This document shows, in pieces, positions 25,003 to 37,400 of a stretch of 64,000 bases of DNA. The notes under the pieces are model-generated. The model was not told where the DNA came from, ran no database searches, and saw nothing but the letters and a program-made list of their open reading frames with translations. Origin of the DNA: Anthoceros angustus (Eukaryota; Plantae; Anthocerotophyta); contig MU008168.1 of NCBI GenBank assembly GCA_010909165.1, forward strand, positions 434,001 through 498,000. The letters run 5' to 3'. Each line of letters starts with the position of its first letter. The stretch's first letter is position 1. Position numbers and translations under genes: made by a program.

Positions 25003-26703
25003 ATGCTGTGCGCGCGCGGAGTGAAGCGCGTAGGCGCGGCGCCGGGCTCGGCCGCCTGCGCCTCTGGCTCTGCCATGGTTGTTTGGTACCAGAATCCGCT
25101 CATGGAGGAGCAGCGGGACTGGGCCGGCATCGCGCCCGACCTCTTCTCCCTCGTTTTGCACAAGGTGCAGGAGCGGCGGGGGGAGCCGGGGGAAGGCCGC
25201 AGGATAGTTGCGTGCGCCGGGGTTTGCCGCAGCTGGCGGAGGCAGGTGTACCAGTTCTGCCACATGATCTGCCCCGCGCCTTACATTCAGTTCCCTTCCA
25301 GCCTCTCGCAGCCCGGGCCGAACACGCTGGTGGCGTCTGGGGATGCCCCGGTGCAGTGCGTGTTGCGGAGGAAGCGGCGCGTCATCACGCTCTATTACGG
25401 CGATCACAGGCAGTTCATGCTGGCAGCGCGGAGGAAGTGGAGGCCGGGGGGAGCTGTTTATGTCATCTCCTCCCAGCCGCGGTGTTTCCCGGAGAGCGGC
25501 AAGGCATTTATGGGGAAGCTCAAGGCCAATTTCTGGTCTTCCGAGTTTGTGCTTTGGGATGGCAAGGGGAAGCACTCTCAGGCGCGAGCTGCGGCTATGC
25601 CGCTCACCGGCGTCTACTTCTCCGAGGATGTCATCGAAGGCGTGCGGCAAAGGCGGATTGCTTGCGTCTTGATCCCTCCCGGATCTGGAGCGGCTTCTTG
25701 CGTGCCGGAGGTGTCTCTTCCCTTCCCCCTGCCGCGCTCGCTGTCTATCTCCTGGTCGTGCCAGACCGCGTTGTGTCGCAGCCTTTCCAAGTCTCTCCAG
25801 GTGATCACACGTTGAAGGATTTCTCACAAGTCGTCCTCTTTTCTTTTCTTTCCCTTTCCTGTCAGTGCTGGTACCGTGATGAGGTCAATGGATTCCGCAC
25901 AGCTTGCTCACTCGTGTGGCTTTTCGACGCAGCTGCTAGAGCTTGCCACGAAAGCGTGTTTGCTTACCGTTGCTTAGTCGTCACTGACTGTGGGAAGCAG
26001 TTTCAAAGCAAGCTGAGGGATGACGTCTCTGATGATCTACTTCACGCTGCTTCAAAATGTGCAGGTCATTTCAGGCTCAAGGTCTTCCAGCATCCGGGTC
26101 CTTTCCAGGTCTAATTCGCTCTCCCTAGCCGGACCGGTGGTGCCTGCTTCCTTTCACTCTCTAGATTTGCAGGTGCCCCGCCGTCCGCGGTTATCTTTGG
26201 CAGGGTGCTTCACCTTTGCCGGCCCGGGGAACTCTGCGCCACAAGTCGGCCTGTTGGAGAATGAAGATCAGCCCGACGGTGAGGCGCAATACCAGATGAT
26301 GCTAGCCGCTGCGCGCAGAAAGAAGATTGCCAAGTTCGAGTCCCTCGTCACCAGCTCCCGGACAGAGCAGCCGCCCCAGCTCGAAGACTCCGGATCCATC
26401 GTGGCCCTCAGCAGCAAGATCCCCGAGTGGGATCCGCACCAACATTGCTGGTCGCTGGATTTCAAGGGCCGCGCGTCTCTGCCATCACTGCATAATTTTC
26501 AGCTTGTTGTGGACGGCTTCTGCGGATCCGGCACTGCGAGGAACGAGATGGAAGAACTCCGCAGGGATGCTGTGGTAGTTCTTCAGCTTGGCAAGATTGG
26601 AAAGGGCCTCTACACTATGGACTACGCCTTCCCTCTCACTGCTGTCCAAGCGTTTGCCATTTGCATAAGTAGCTTCTCGAGCTCCGTAGGATTGGAGCCT
26701 TGA
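25003..26703 (+). CDS. Tubby-like F-box protein (divergent TLP)
   Basis: F-box WAGIAPDLFSLVL..VACAGVCRSWR; FPSSLSQPGP; FMLAARRK; GKLKANF; C-terminal Tub motifs CWSLDFKGRASLPSLHNFQL, VVLQLGKIG..YTMDYAFPLTAVQAFAICISSF. Intron ~25801-26064. Start is at 25003 or 25075. Confidence 0.9.
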
Positions 26704-27083
26704 CTGATCCTCCCTCCTTAATTCCAGTCATTGGTTGTGGACTCCAACTATGACAGGAAGCCCTTGCTCGCCAGACCCTTGTCATGACTCCGCTGGGTGT
26801 ATTTCTGGATTGATTACTTCAAGGTCTCGTTGTCCGCCAGCCGAGAGCTATAATAGCTGGGATCAAACCCTAAACATCACTCCGTCAGTTTTCTCGGCTG
26901 TGTATGCCGGCTATGGTGTGGGCACAGACACACTTCATATCACTCTCACCCCGAGATACTCCCCATCCAACGCAAGCACCAGCCCGGAGCGGAGCGAACT
27001 CACAATTCCAGAAAACATGGAATTTTGAACCTTGCTGAAGCCAATCAATAATGATAACACCAGTCTATAATAGGAAGTGAAGT

Positions 27084-27130
27084 ATGGCATACCAAAGGGG
27101 ACAGAGGGGATGGGACATTTTTTTTTTCGC
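27084..27130 (+). repeat. Left terminal inverted repeat
   Basis: Reverse complement of 62074-62116 with about 3-4 differences. The subterminal motif tggccgctttgg occurs at 27211 and 62001. Confidence 0.9.
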
Positions 27131-27451
27131 GAAACCCATGCAAGGCGTGGGGATCTTGAGGAATATACCTACATTCCAGTACGGTTTCTTTTTCACAGCA
27201 CATGGCCACATGGCCGCTTTGGCGCCCTAACCAAGAGCGGCCAAGCACCAAAGGGACACACACAATGTCCTCGAAGCGGGTGTCCTTGAAAATTTTCAGT
27301 GCTTCACCTTTGAAAACAAAGAGGCGGGACACTATGTTTTGAATGTTTCCGCACTACCTTGTGCCATTAAGTTTTCTTGAGGAATCAATGGCCACCAAAC
27401 CCTAACGTGGCGGCGGCGCGCTCCATTTGATTGTCAAACCCTACCGGCGGC

Positions 27452-27950
27452 ATGGGTATCGCGAGCAATAATGACGCTGACGCCGGGCGCTGGTTTTCGA
27501 ACCATGCAGGCCCGCGGCCGTTCCTCGTCGACTATGGACTTTGGGACCGTGTGTTCCTTAAGGAACCCACGATCTTTGGAAACAATGAGAGCCACGATCC
27601 TCTTTCAAACAAGAAGAAGCGCGATGCGGCTCGAAGCGGAAGAGGGATGGCGACCCACCACCTCATACTACCCAACAACCTCGCCAAGAATGTTCATCTT
27701 TGCGTGCAAAGAGCCAAATTTTCACAAGGTGCCATTGCATTGATCAAAAGGATGTCCACATCGCCAAAATTGCACGGCTAGCATCCAACCCTATCTCCTA
27801 CCGCCTTCCTAAGGCGCGTGCTTGACCCCTATGCAAAAACCTACAGCTGGTGATGCAACTCGAGCACAATGGATGACGCCGCCTACTTCCCTCGTCCTCC
27901 ATGCGCTTCATCATCTGGGAGAACCTTAATTGTGCCCTCCATGGCCTCGG
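27452..27950 (+). pseudogene. Unknown plus-strand ORF remnant of the transposon, convergent with the transposase
   Basis: Protein-like stretch (..RPFLVDYGLWDRVFLKEP..LILPNNLAKNVHLCVQ..) just inside the left TIR, leading into Pro-rich repeats. No family recognised. Confidence 0.35.
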
Positions 27951-28699
27951 CGTCGAGCATTCCGCGTTCATCGCTCTCCATCCCGGCGCGTCGCCTCCGG
28001 TAGCGTCCGGGCATTGGGCGTCGAGGCACCGCCTTGGCGCCCGCGCTTCCGCCGTGTCCGACTCCTCGTCGCGCTTCCTCCCCTTGTGCTCGCCCTCCAG
28101 CGGTTGGGGTTGGGCGCACTCCGCTCTCCATCTTCTTCCGACATGGCCTCCGCTCCGCCACCGTCACACAGGTTGCTCCCACCCCTCCTCCTCCTCCTCC
28201 TCCTCCTCCTCCCGCCGGATCCCTCCACCGTGAGCTCGCGCGCGCCTCCGCTCCTCCCCTCCGCCCCGCGCCCGAGCCTCCGCCTAATCTGCTGCTTCCG
28301 TTCCACGTCGAGATGGCGCCACCGATGGGCTGGTTATTCCTCCCATACGGCCCTCAAGCGGATGGCGCGCTCGGTCCACTCCTGCCGAGATCGCCCGCCC
28401 GGCCGCGCGCTCGCTCGTCCGCTCCGACGGCGTCGCCCCCTCACGCCTTCGCATCCCCGCCTCGATCCGCCATCGCCGGGCCCTCCGTCGGCCTCGGTCT
28501 CGGCGGCGATCATCGCCCCTCCGCCACCATGGCCGACCTCGGGTCGGGCATGGCGGCAGCGGCCTTTGCCACCGCCATGCGAGCTCGGCCTCCGGCTCGG
28601 GCCCGGCGCGTGAGGCGGCCCATCCCACCTCCCCTCTCGGCCTCGGCGGCAATCGCCCCTCCTTCGCCGTCCTCAACCCGTCGTCCCCAAAGGCGGGGT

Positions 28700-29960
28700 T
28701 GCCTTCCTCCTCAATGCGCAATGCTCCCGCTCCCTCTCCTCGCCCGCGCGATGGCGGCCTCGCCCCATCGCCGCGTGGGGAGGCAACTGCCCTCCACGTC
28801 TCCTCCACCGGCTCCTCGCTCCCACCTCCACGTCCATCACCATGGGGAGGTGCCCTCCCCTCGCCCGGCTTGCACAGGTTCCCCGCCGCCGCCTCCATCG
28901 CGAGGCCGCCCCCTTTCGCCAGGCGGGCGGCTCCCCTCCGCCCCGCCTCCATGGCCATGGGGAGGCGGGCCCTCCCCGCTGCGCTGCACAGGCCCCTGCA
29001 GCTGCCGCCTCCATCTGGAGGCGCCTCTGCCTGCCCGCCCACTCCTTCTCCATGGGGAGGCGTGCCCCCTCCCCGCTGCGCCATTGCCGGGCACCCAGCT
29101 GCTGCGGCCTCCATCGCCGGGGAGGCCACGGCCTTCCTCCGGCGGGGCTCGCCTCCCGCCTCCCGTCGCCATGGACATGGGGAGGCAGTGCCCTCCCCGC
29201 TGCGCCCGCAGGCCCCGCTGCAGCTGCCGCCTCCATCTCCAGGAGGCGCCTCTGCCGCCCCTTCTCCATGGGGAGGCACAGTCTCCCCGCCTCCCCTGCT
29301 GCGCCCCACGCCCTGCGCCTCCATCGCCGAGGCCTGCCCCCGTTCCTTGGGCGGGCGCCTTTGCCTCCGCCCCCTCCCGCCGCCATGGGGAGGCAGTCTC
29401 CCCCGCAGCCGCCTCCATCGTTGAGGCGCCTCACTGCCCGCCCCGACTCCTTCTCCATGGGGAGGCGGCGTGCCCTCCCACTGCGCCCTGCACAGGCACC
29501 CAGCGGCCTCCATCGCCGAGGCCCCGCGGCCCCCCTTTCGCCGAGGCGGGCGGCGCCCTCCCCCGCCTCCGTCTCCATGGCCATGGGGAGGCGCCCTCCC
29601 CGCTGCCGCACTGGGCCCCGCCCTGCCGCCTCCATCGCCCGGGAGGCGCCTGCTGCCCGCCCCCGCTCCTTCTCCATGGGGAGGCGTGCCCTCCCCGCTG
29701 CGCCCTGCCGGGCACCCTGCCGCTGCGGCCTCCATCGCCGAGGCCAGCCCCTTTCCTCCAGGCGGCGGCTCGCCCCTCCCGCCTCCGTCTCCATGGACAT
29801 GGGGAGGCGCCCTCCCCGCTTCGCCATTGCTGGGCCCCTGCCGCCACCATCGCCGGGGGCCGCCTCTGCCGTCCGCCCCGCCTCCTTCTCCATGGGGAGG
29901 CACGATGCCCTCCCCGCTGTGGCCCTGCTGCGCCGCCGCCCCTCTGGCAGCCGGGGAGGG
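28700..29960. repeat. GC-rich minisatellite, dimeric ~210-bp higher-order unit
   Basis: catggggagg core at 28841, 28956, 29051, 29176, 29267, 29384, 29456, 29582, 29675, 29798 and 29891, with alternating ~120 and ~90 bp spacing. Confidence 0.9.
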
Positions 29961-30102
29961 GCGCCTCCCTCGCTTCCCCTTCTCTGCGCCGCCCCGCCCT
30001 GCCGCCTCCGCCCGCCAAGGAAGAGTGGCTATTCCCTCAGCGGTACACCATGCCGCCGTCCGGCTCCCCTCCGCCGCCGCCCGCCACGGCCTCTTCCTCC
30101 AT

Positions 30103-32512
30103 CCTCCTTGATCGACCTCGGCTTTACTCGCCCGCCCACCGCGCCTTTTGCGTCGTTGTTTCCAATTGCGCCGGCCTTGCGGGATGGCATGTCTCCCTGT
30201 GGCGGCGTCCTCCGGTTGCCATAATATGCGCATGGGCGGCTGCGGGCCGCCCCTTCGCCAATTCTCTGCATGCCAAGGCGGTGGCATCTGCGGTTCTCGT
30301 GGCGTGCCACTCACGCACATGAACTCGGTGTCGTCCGCTTCGGCGCTAACCCGCATACCACCGCCATTTAGGTGCACTAGCGATTTGTCAACCCTTTTGG
30401 CCCTCCTTGTGTTCGTGTCCTTAACGCCAACCTTTCCTCTTCACATGACACTCGCGATGGGCGTATCTTGGACCGCCTAACACATCACTATTTAGAATCA
30501 TTTTCGGGGTTTCTACCAATTGCATATAAACTTTTGGCCGGGTCACCGTCTCGGTCCACTAAAAAGCTGCAGCGCCACGCGGTGTTACTACCATTGCCAC
30601 TAATGCGGTAGCAAGGTCATGTGTGATAGCAGCGCAAAAAAAGCGGCAAACAAAATGGTCTGCTAGACCCCTTCACTCGTCGCACCTCGGACCATGAGCA
30701 CGTCCTCCCCATCATCCATGCCACTCCCGCCTCCTCCTCGCCTTCCCCTTCCACAGCCATCCCGCTTGGGCCACCTCCTCCCGATTCCTTTCCCTTTGTC
30801 CCAAACTTCACCTCCTCGGCACGGGCACTGTGCCACGACAACCGTCCCTTCGCTGCTCGTGTGTTGTGATCGTTAAAAATGCACTGTAAGTCCTCCTTGA
30901 CCTTCACCACCTCCTCGGCGTTTCCACTAGCCACCATGCAAACTCCTCCGCCTCCATTCCAAGGATGTGCTGAAAAGGCGATTGCCCATTGTCGTCGGTG
31001 CCATCGGCCGAGGCGCACCACTGTACCTCGGCTCCTTCCCTCCCCATCCATCACACTTGCGGTGTTCGTCATCCACAGCGGTTCCTACACCCGTGTAGAG
31101 GCGGGAGGTGTCCACGCACGCATAATCACCTCCACCAATCGCCCTTACAACACCGGGATGGCGGCAGCTGCCACCGTTCTATGCACCGGTCGTCCGCTTC
31201 CATTATCGCGCCCCTCCATTCTTCTTCTCGGTGCTTCTGCTGCTCTTTCCCTCGGTATGGCCAGTTCGTTCCGCCCATCACGGCAAGTTCGGGGCTTCCC
31301 GCCACGCTTGTCTCCTTCTCCATCACTCCGCCTCCTTGATCGACCTCGGCTTTACTCCCTTGCCCGCCACTTGCGTCGTTGTTTCCAATTCGCCGGCCTT
31401 GCGATGCTCTGTCTCCGTGGCGGCGTCCTCCGGTTGCCATAATATACGCATGGGCGGCGCATCGGGCCGCCCCAGAGACGCAATTTTTCTGCATGCCAGG
31501 CGCAATTGGCATCTGCGGTTCGTGCAGCGTGCACGCCACTCGCACATCATGAACTCGGTGTCGTCCACCCGGTTCGAGCAACCATGACATTTAGGTGCAC
31601 TAGCGATTTGTCAACCCTTTTGGCCCTCCTTGTGTTCGTGTCATAACGCCAACCCCTTTCCTCTTCACATGACACTCGCGATGGGCGTATCTTGGACCGC
31701 CTAACACATCACTATTTAGAATCATTTTCGGTTTCCTACCAATTGCATATAATGGCCGCCGGGTCACCGTCTCGGTCCACAAACAAAAGCTAGTGCCACC
31801 GGTGTTACCATTGCCACTAATGCCGCATGGCAAGGTCTGTGATCGCATAGCAAGCAAAAATAGCAACAGCAAACAAAATGGTCTGCTAGACCCCTTCCGC
31901 TCGCGTCGCACCTCGGACCGCGCGTCCTCCCCATCATCCATGCCACTCCCGCCTCCTCCGCCTTCCCCTTCCACAGCCATCCATCCCTTGGGCCACTCGT
32001 CCTCCCCGATTCCTTTCCCTTTGTCCCGAAACCTCCCTCGGCCTGGGCTGCCTGCGACAACGTCCCTTCTGCTGGCTCTGTGTTGTGATCGTTAAGCTGC
32101 ACTGTAAGTCCTCCTTGACCTTCACCACCTCCTCGGCGTTTCCACTAGCCACCCATGCGCAAACTCCTCCGCCTCCATTCCAAGGATGTGCGCGCGGAAA
32201 AGCGATTGCCCATTGTCGTGCCATCAGCCGGACGCGCACACCTCTCCTTCCCTCCCCATCCTTCACACTTCCGGTGTTCGTCATCCACAGCGGTTCCGCA
32301 CCTACACCCGTGTAGAGGCGGGAGGTGTCCACTTTGCCGCATAATCACCTCCACACCAATCGCCCTTACAACACCGGGATGGCCGGCCCCAGCCCCCGTT
32401 CTATGCGGTCGTCCGCGCTTCCATTATCTGCGCCCTCCCATTCTTCCTCTCGCTTCTGCTGCTCTTTCCCTCGGTATGGCCAGTTCGTTCCATCATCACG
32501 GCAAGTTCGGGG
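30103..32512. repeat. ~1.2-kb tandem duplication
   Basis: cctccttgatcgacctcggctttactc at ~30103 and ~31331, with collinear downstream sequence. Confidence 0.85.
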
Positions 32513-32749
32513 CGGCACACTGCCGCCGTTGTGGATCGCGGCGGGGGCGGGTTGCCCGGCGCCGTTCCTTGGCGTTTGTGCCTCGGACTCCACAACCTTG
32601 AGACGAGTGCGGTCATGCGGGACAACGTATTGGCATGCATCATCCAAAACGTCATCCGCCATGTGGCCAATGATTTACGCACGATGCGGAGGGAAAAATC
32701 GTATACCAACCGCCAAGCACCATGTTTGTTTTCCACGTTATTCCTACAT

Positions 32750-33860
32750 ATATAGCCACATATGCTATAACTAGTTTCAAAGACGGTCATGAACAATGTC
32801 TTGTACCATAGGCGAAGGACCCTTTTCGATGATGCATGTAGAGACAATTCCATTGGCCAAGCATACACATAGGCCAAGCATACGAGACCGGGAAAAAACA
32901 TAAGGAAAATTTACGCATCGTGGGAAAAATCAATCCCCATGGGCCAACAGTTTTGGAGGATGCATTCAAAGAATTGCCACGAAGATTACAAGGACAAAAC
33001 CAAAACAAAACTTCGCCCATGTCATGCGAGTTTACGTTGTTATTCTTCACACATATAGAGACATACATGATATATGATTCGACGAATACATTCATAGTCA
33101 CATGTGCCAAAGGCCAAGGAGCCTTTTCCCACATGTCGGGAAAGATGCGAAGCATACAAAAGGTAACATATGGAAAGGAACTTTCAATGCACCACGGAAG
33201 CAGTTCCTTCGCCATAGGCCAAGGAACTCATCCGGATGCATGGAAAAAGCGATCGCAGCACAAAAGGCAAAAACCCACAACACAACTTCTATCCTATCAT
33301 GCACGTTAACGGTGTTATTCTTGCATATATAGACATACATAATATACCTTAGTTCTAAGATGAAGACATTACCATTCACTTCTACCAAAGGCCAAGGACC
33401 ATTTTCCACGAAGCTTCGAAAAAACCAGTTGAAGCAAGGGCAAAAACATATGGATTTCGCATGCATCATGGACAAAGTTCATTCCCCATGCCCCAAGGAA
33501 CTTTGTTCATGATGCATAAACTTTCCATCGACGAAGGATAGAAGAAGGCAAAACTAGAGCACAACTTCTCACATATCATGCGGTATTTTTTCCCCGCATA
33601 TATAGAGGAACATAATATACCTCTTTTCCAAGGCGAAGACATTATCGTCACTTGTACCAAAGTGCAAGGACCATATGGAAAATTTGCTACGCAGGGATAG
33701 AGGAAGAAAAACGAGCACATCCACATGCGTGACATGTAGTTTTCAACTTTCTCCTACATATATATCCATATATTATATACCAACCTTTCAAGGATGCTAG
33801 CATGTCCTCAATCCTACTATAGGCCAATGTCCAAGGAACAAGACATATGTAATATTTATG
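32750..33860. repeat. Diverged AT-rich ~270-bp tandem repeats in the spacer between the convergent transposon genes
   Basis: Recurring ..catatagagacataca.(a)atata.. followed by ccaaaggccaagga (33107, 33385; variants near 33657 and 33825). Confidence 0.65.
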
Positions 33861-34015
33861 TCTATATATAGGATTACATGCATATGTGCACATGCTCTAA
33901 CGCCACGTCCCTTCGCTAAACCCTAAAGATGTTTTACCTTTACATCTCATGCCATCCAACTATTGACACACACATATGGGAAGACCAAGCCTACTGGTAT
34001 ATGTAGCACTAACTT

Positions 34016-34290
34016 CCTTGGCCTTTGGTGGTTGAAACAACATGCATGATGTTTCGTTACGTGACAAATCCCAAATGCCAAGGATGACATGTCCTTGTAG
34101 TATATGCCTCTGCCTTCCTTGGCCTTTGGCATGGACACACCATGCATGATGTTTCCTCCTTTCAAATATCCCAAAGGCCAAGGTTGTCAAGTCCTCGCCT
34201 ATATGTACCACTATCTTCCTTGGCCTTTGAAAATTGAAACATTATGCATTATGTTCCATCCTTTTTGGGCCTTATATACTTTGGCCCAAA
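34016..34290. repeat. 101-bp-period array of inverted 13-mers
   Basis: ccttggcctttg(g) at 34016, 34117 and 34218; complementary ccaaa(g/t)gccaagg at 34071 and 34171. Confidence 0.8.
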
Positions 34291-34439
34291 AACCTTTCCT
34301 AGCCATGTGTGAACAAAAACCTCATACTCAATATCCATCTGTTATTCCATCCATTCGTTCGGAAATGCAGGACAAATTCACTATATATGCTTGGGTTGGG
34401 TGTATGGAGGAAGTGATTTGACAAAACCGCAAATTGCTA

Positions 34440-37400
34440 CGAGCCACGGCCGTCCTTGGTCATGTAATCCCCCTTCCCTGAGCGCGGATGTTTTGTAGGC
34501 GGCTGAACCCACTTATTCGGCCACCGGTGCGAGCATGGCCCTGTCTGCTGAAGATCGACCCGCGTCCCCAAGCGTCGCGGGCCGCATTCTTGTCCACGGC
34601 CTCTGTCCGGTCCCTCGCACGAATACTTCAAACATAAACAACGCGTCTTCTAGAAGGCGCGTTTAAGCGACATGTCCTCATCTCCACCATCGCCCTTAAA
34701 CAATGCGGCCATCCGACGAGGTGCATCTTTGGAGGAGAGCACCGTGGCGCCCATCTCCGTCTTTCCGATGTAATGAATGTCGTGTTTCCGTACGCAGAAA
34801 GGCGGGCATTCTTATTAATCCTAAGCGGGGTTTGAGGCGTTTGGGGCACGACTCACGAAATAATGAACCTCTGCGCTCTTGTCATGCGAAAGGCGTGAGG
34901 CGAGGAGGCGCTCCGTATCTTCCTGCGACGCCGGCCGGCGGTTCGCCATCGCGGACGCCGCCCCCTCGCCATCTCCCACCCTTGGTGGAAATCGCTGGGC
35001 CGTGACCAAGGCACACCATTTTTGTTTGGTGGACTCTGCACCAATCCAAGTGAAAACATGGCGAGGAGGCGGGCCGTCGCCGTGAATCTGCCGCGATGGC
35101 GGTGGCGACATTCTCGGAGATTGGGTGAACTCACGGCGAGGATGCAAATGTCTTCGATCAAATCCCCCGCGCCAAGGTCGGCCTCATCGCGTTTCCAAGC
35201 CTCCCTGCTAGAATTCACGGTCGCGAGGCAATCCGCAACCTCCGGTGTGCCGGACCGGCCAGTGCGGCGGACCCTTGGCAGTGTGCATTGCGATCGGCGG
35301 CGGTCTGGGCGCGGCGGCCGGGCGGTACCTTCCGGGCGGTGAGGTGGGGTGCACGTTCCCTCCGCGCCGGAACACCCAGCGGTGCGTGCGGCAATAAACA
35401 TCCCCTCACACAACGCAATCACCCGATTATGGTTCACGAGGCAGCGGGCGTCTGGCGGTCGCAGGCGGGTGCACATGAAGAAGCTCTCTATTACGGTTCC
35501 AGCAGAATCGCATTACGAGGCCATCCACTTAGGACCCGAGGCGGATGGGGAGGCGCTTTGTCGAGGATTGCTGCAGCGGGATGGTGGAGTTACGCATCTG
35601 CAGCCATGCCCGTGGAGGCGAGGTATAGCGGTTGAGTTTGAAGGGGCGGCCCTCGTGGACGGGTGGCGACCTCTTCCGCCTTCCGGCAATTTGGGCCTGG
35701 TTGCTTCATCAGCGCAACGAAGGTGCTAACCAGCGATTCGCCCTGCGATCCTCACAGATGACCCGCTCTGTTCCGCCCGGTAGCTTGCATCACAGGCGCT
35801 AACGTTTTGCAAGGTGCGCTTTTGTATGTCGGGATCACCTGTATCCCGAATAGCGCCGTTCATGGTCCGCAACTCAGAAAAGCGGGGTTTGAGGCGTTTG
35901 GGGGCACGACTCCACGAAATAATGAACCTCCGCTCTTGTCATGCGGTGCGAAGGCGGAGGCGGCGCTCGTATCTTCCTGCGGCATCGGCCGGTTGGTTCA
36001 TCATGACACTTCGCCCGCCATCTCCCACCCTTGGAAATCGCGGAGGCCGTGACCAAAACACCATCTTTTTTGGTGGACTCTGCACCAATCCAAGTGAAAA
36101 CATGGCGAGCGAGGCGGGCGCCGTCGCCGGTGAATGCGCGATGGCGGTGGCGACATTCTCGGAGATTGGGTGAACTCCGGCGAGGATGCAAATGTCTTCG
36201 ATCCCCCGCCAAGGTCGGCCTCGCCGCGTTTCCAAGCCTCTGCGCTGCTAGAATTCACGGTCGCGCGAGGCAATCCGCAAACCCCTCGGTGTGTGCGACA
36301 CCGGCCAGTGCGGCGGACCCTTGGCAGTGTGCATTGCGGATCGGCGGATCTGGGCGCGGCGGCCGGGCGGTACCTTCCGGGCGGTGAGGTGGGGTGCACG
36401 TTCCCTCCGCGCCGGGAACCGCAGCGGTGCGTGCGGCAATAACATCCCCTCACAACGGCAATCACCCGATTATGGTTCCGGGGAGGCGGCGAGAGGGCGC
36501 GTCGCGGTCGCGGTGCACATGAAGCTCTATTACGGTTCGCAGATTACGAGGCCATCCACTTAGGACCCGAGGCGGATGGGGAGGCGCTTTGTCGAGGATT
36601 GCTGCAGCAGCAGTGGTGGAGTTACGCATGCGCCATGCCCGTGGGGCGGTATGGTTAAGTTTGAACGGGGCCGTGGGCCGCACTCGTGGACGGGTGGCCC
36701 TCTTCCGCCTTCCCCAGCAATTTGGGCCCCTTGCTTCATCGAGCGCAACGGAAGTGCTTGCCCCAGATTCGCCCATTGCTCTCCAGATGACCCGCTCCTG
36801 TTCCCGCCGCTTGCATCACAGGCGCTAACGTTTTGCAAGTGCGCTTTTGTATATGCGGGATCACCATCCCGAGATAGCCGTTCATGGTCCGCTACCGAAA
36901 AGCGGTCTTGGAAGAGGCGTCGCGCGGAAGCGGAACAGCGGAGATAGCGTGCACACAAGTGGTGGACGGACGGGACTCGATCTCCCGGTCGGACCGAGAT
37001 CCGACTTGACCAAGTGGCTTCGGCGTCATCGCCCGCCTCGAGAACACCAGTACGCTGCGGTGGGGCCTTCGTAGTCATTGGCGATTCCGAGATGAAAGGG
37101 CGCGCCCTCCGGCTTCTGTGAAACGATGCCATTGAGCATCGGTCGGTGGGGAGCATGCATCCATCGCCAGGTCGATTCTTGGCCTTTGCGGCATGGCGAT
37201 GGCTGCTTCCGTCCTCACGGAGGCTGCGAAAGCGCCGACCATCTCCCATGCGCGGAAAAGCGGCGGCGTGAGGCCAAGATGTTTTCGACATCCTGCGGCG
37301 GCGCGAGAGAGTGCGAGGATGGGGAATCCGGACCAGCTGCGGTGTTGACCAAGTGCACTCGATTATGGAAGGCGGCGAGGACATCGGATGACACGGAGGG

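Noticed and set aside
24424-25827. 467-aa minus-strand and 368-aa alternative-frame ORFs
   Set aside because: Shadow frames of the GC-rich Tubby-like exon.
28034-30377. 762-aa and 697-aa ORFs as real genes
   Set aside because: They stay open because of the extreme GC minisatellite, and the reading frame drifts between repeat registers.
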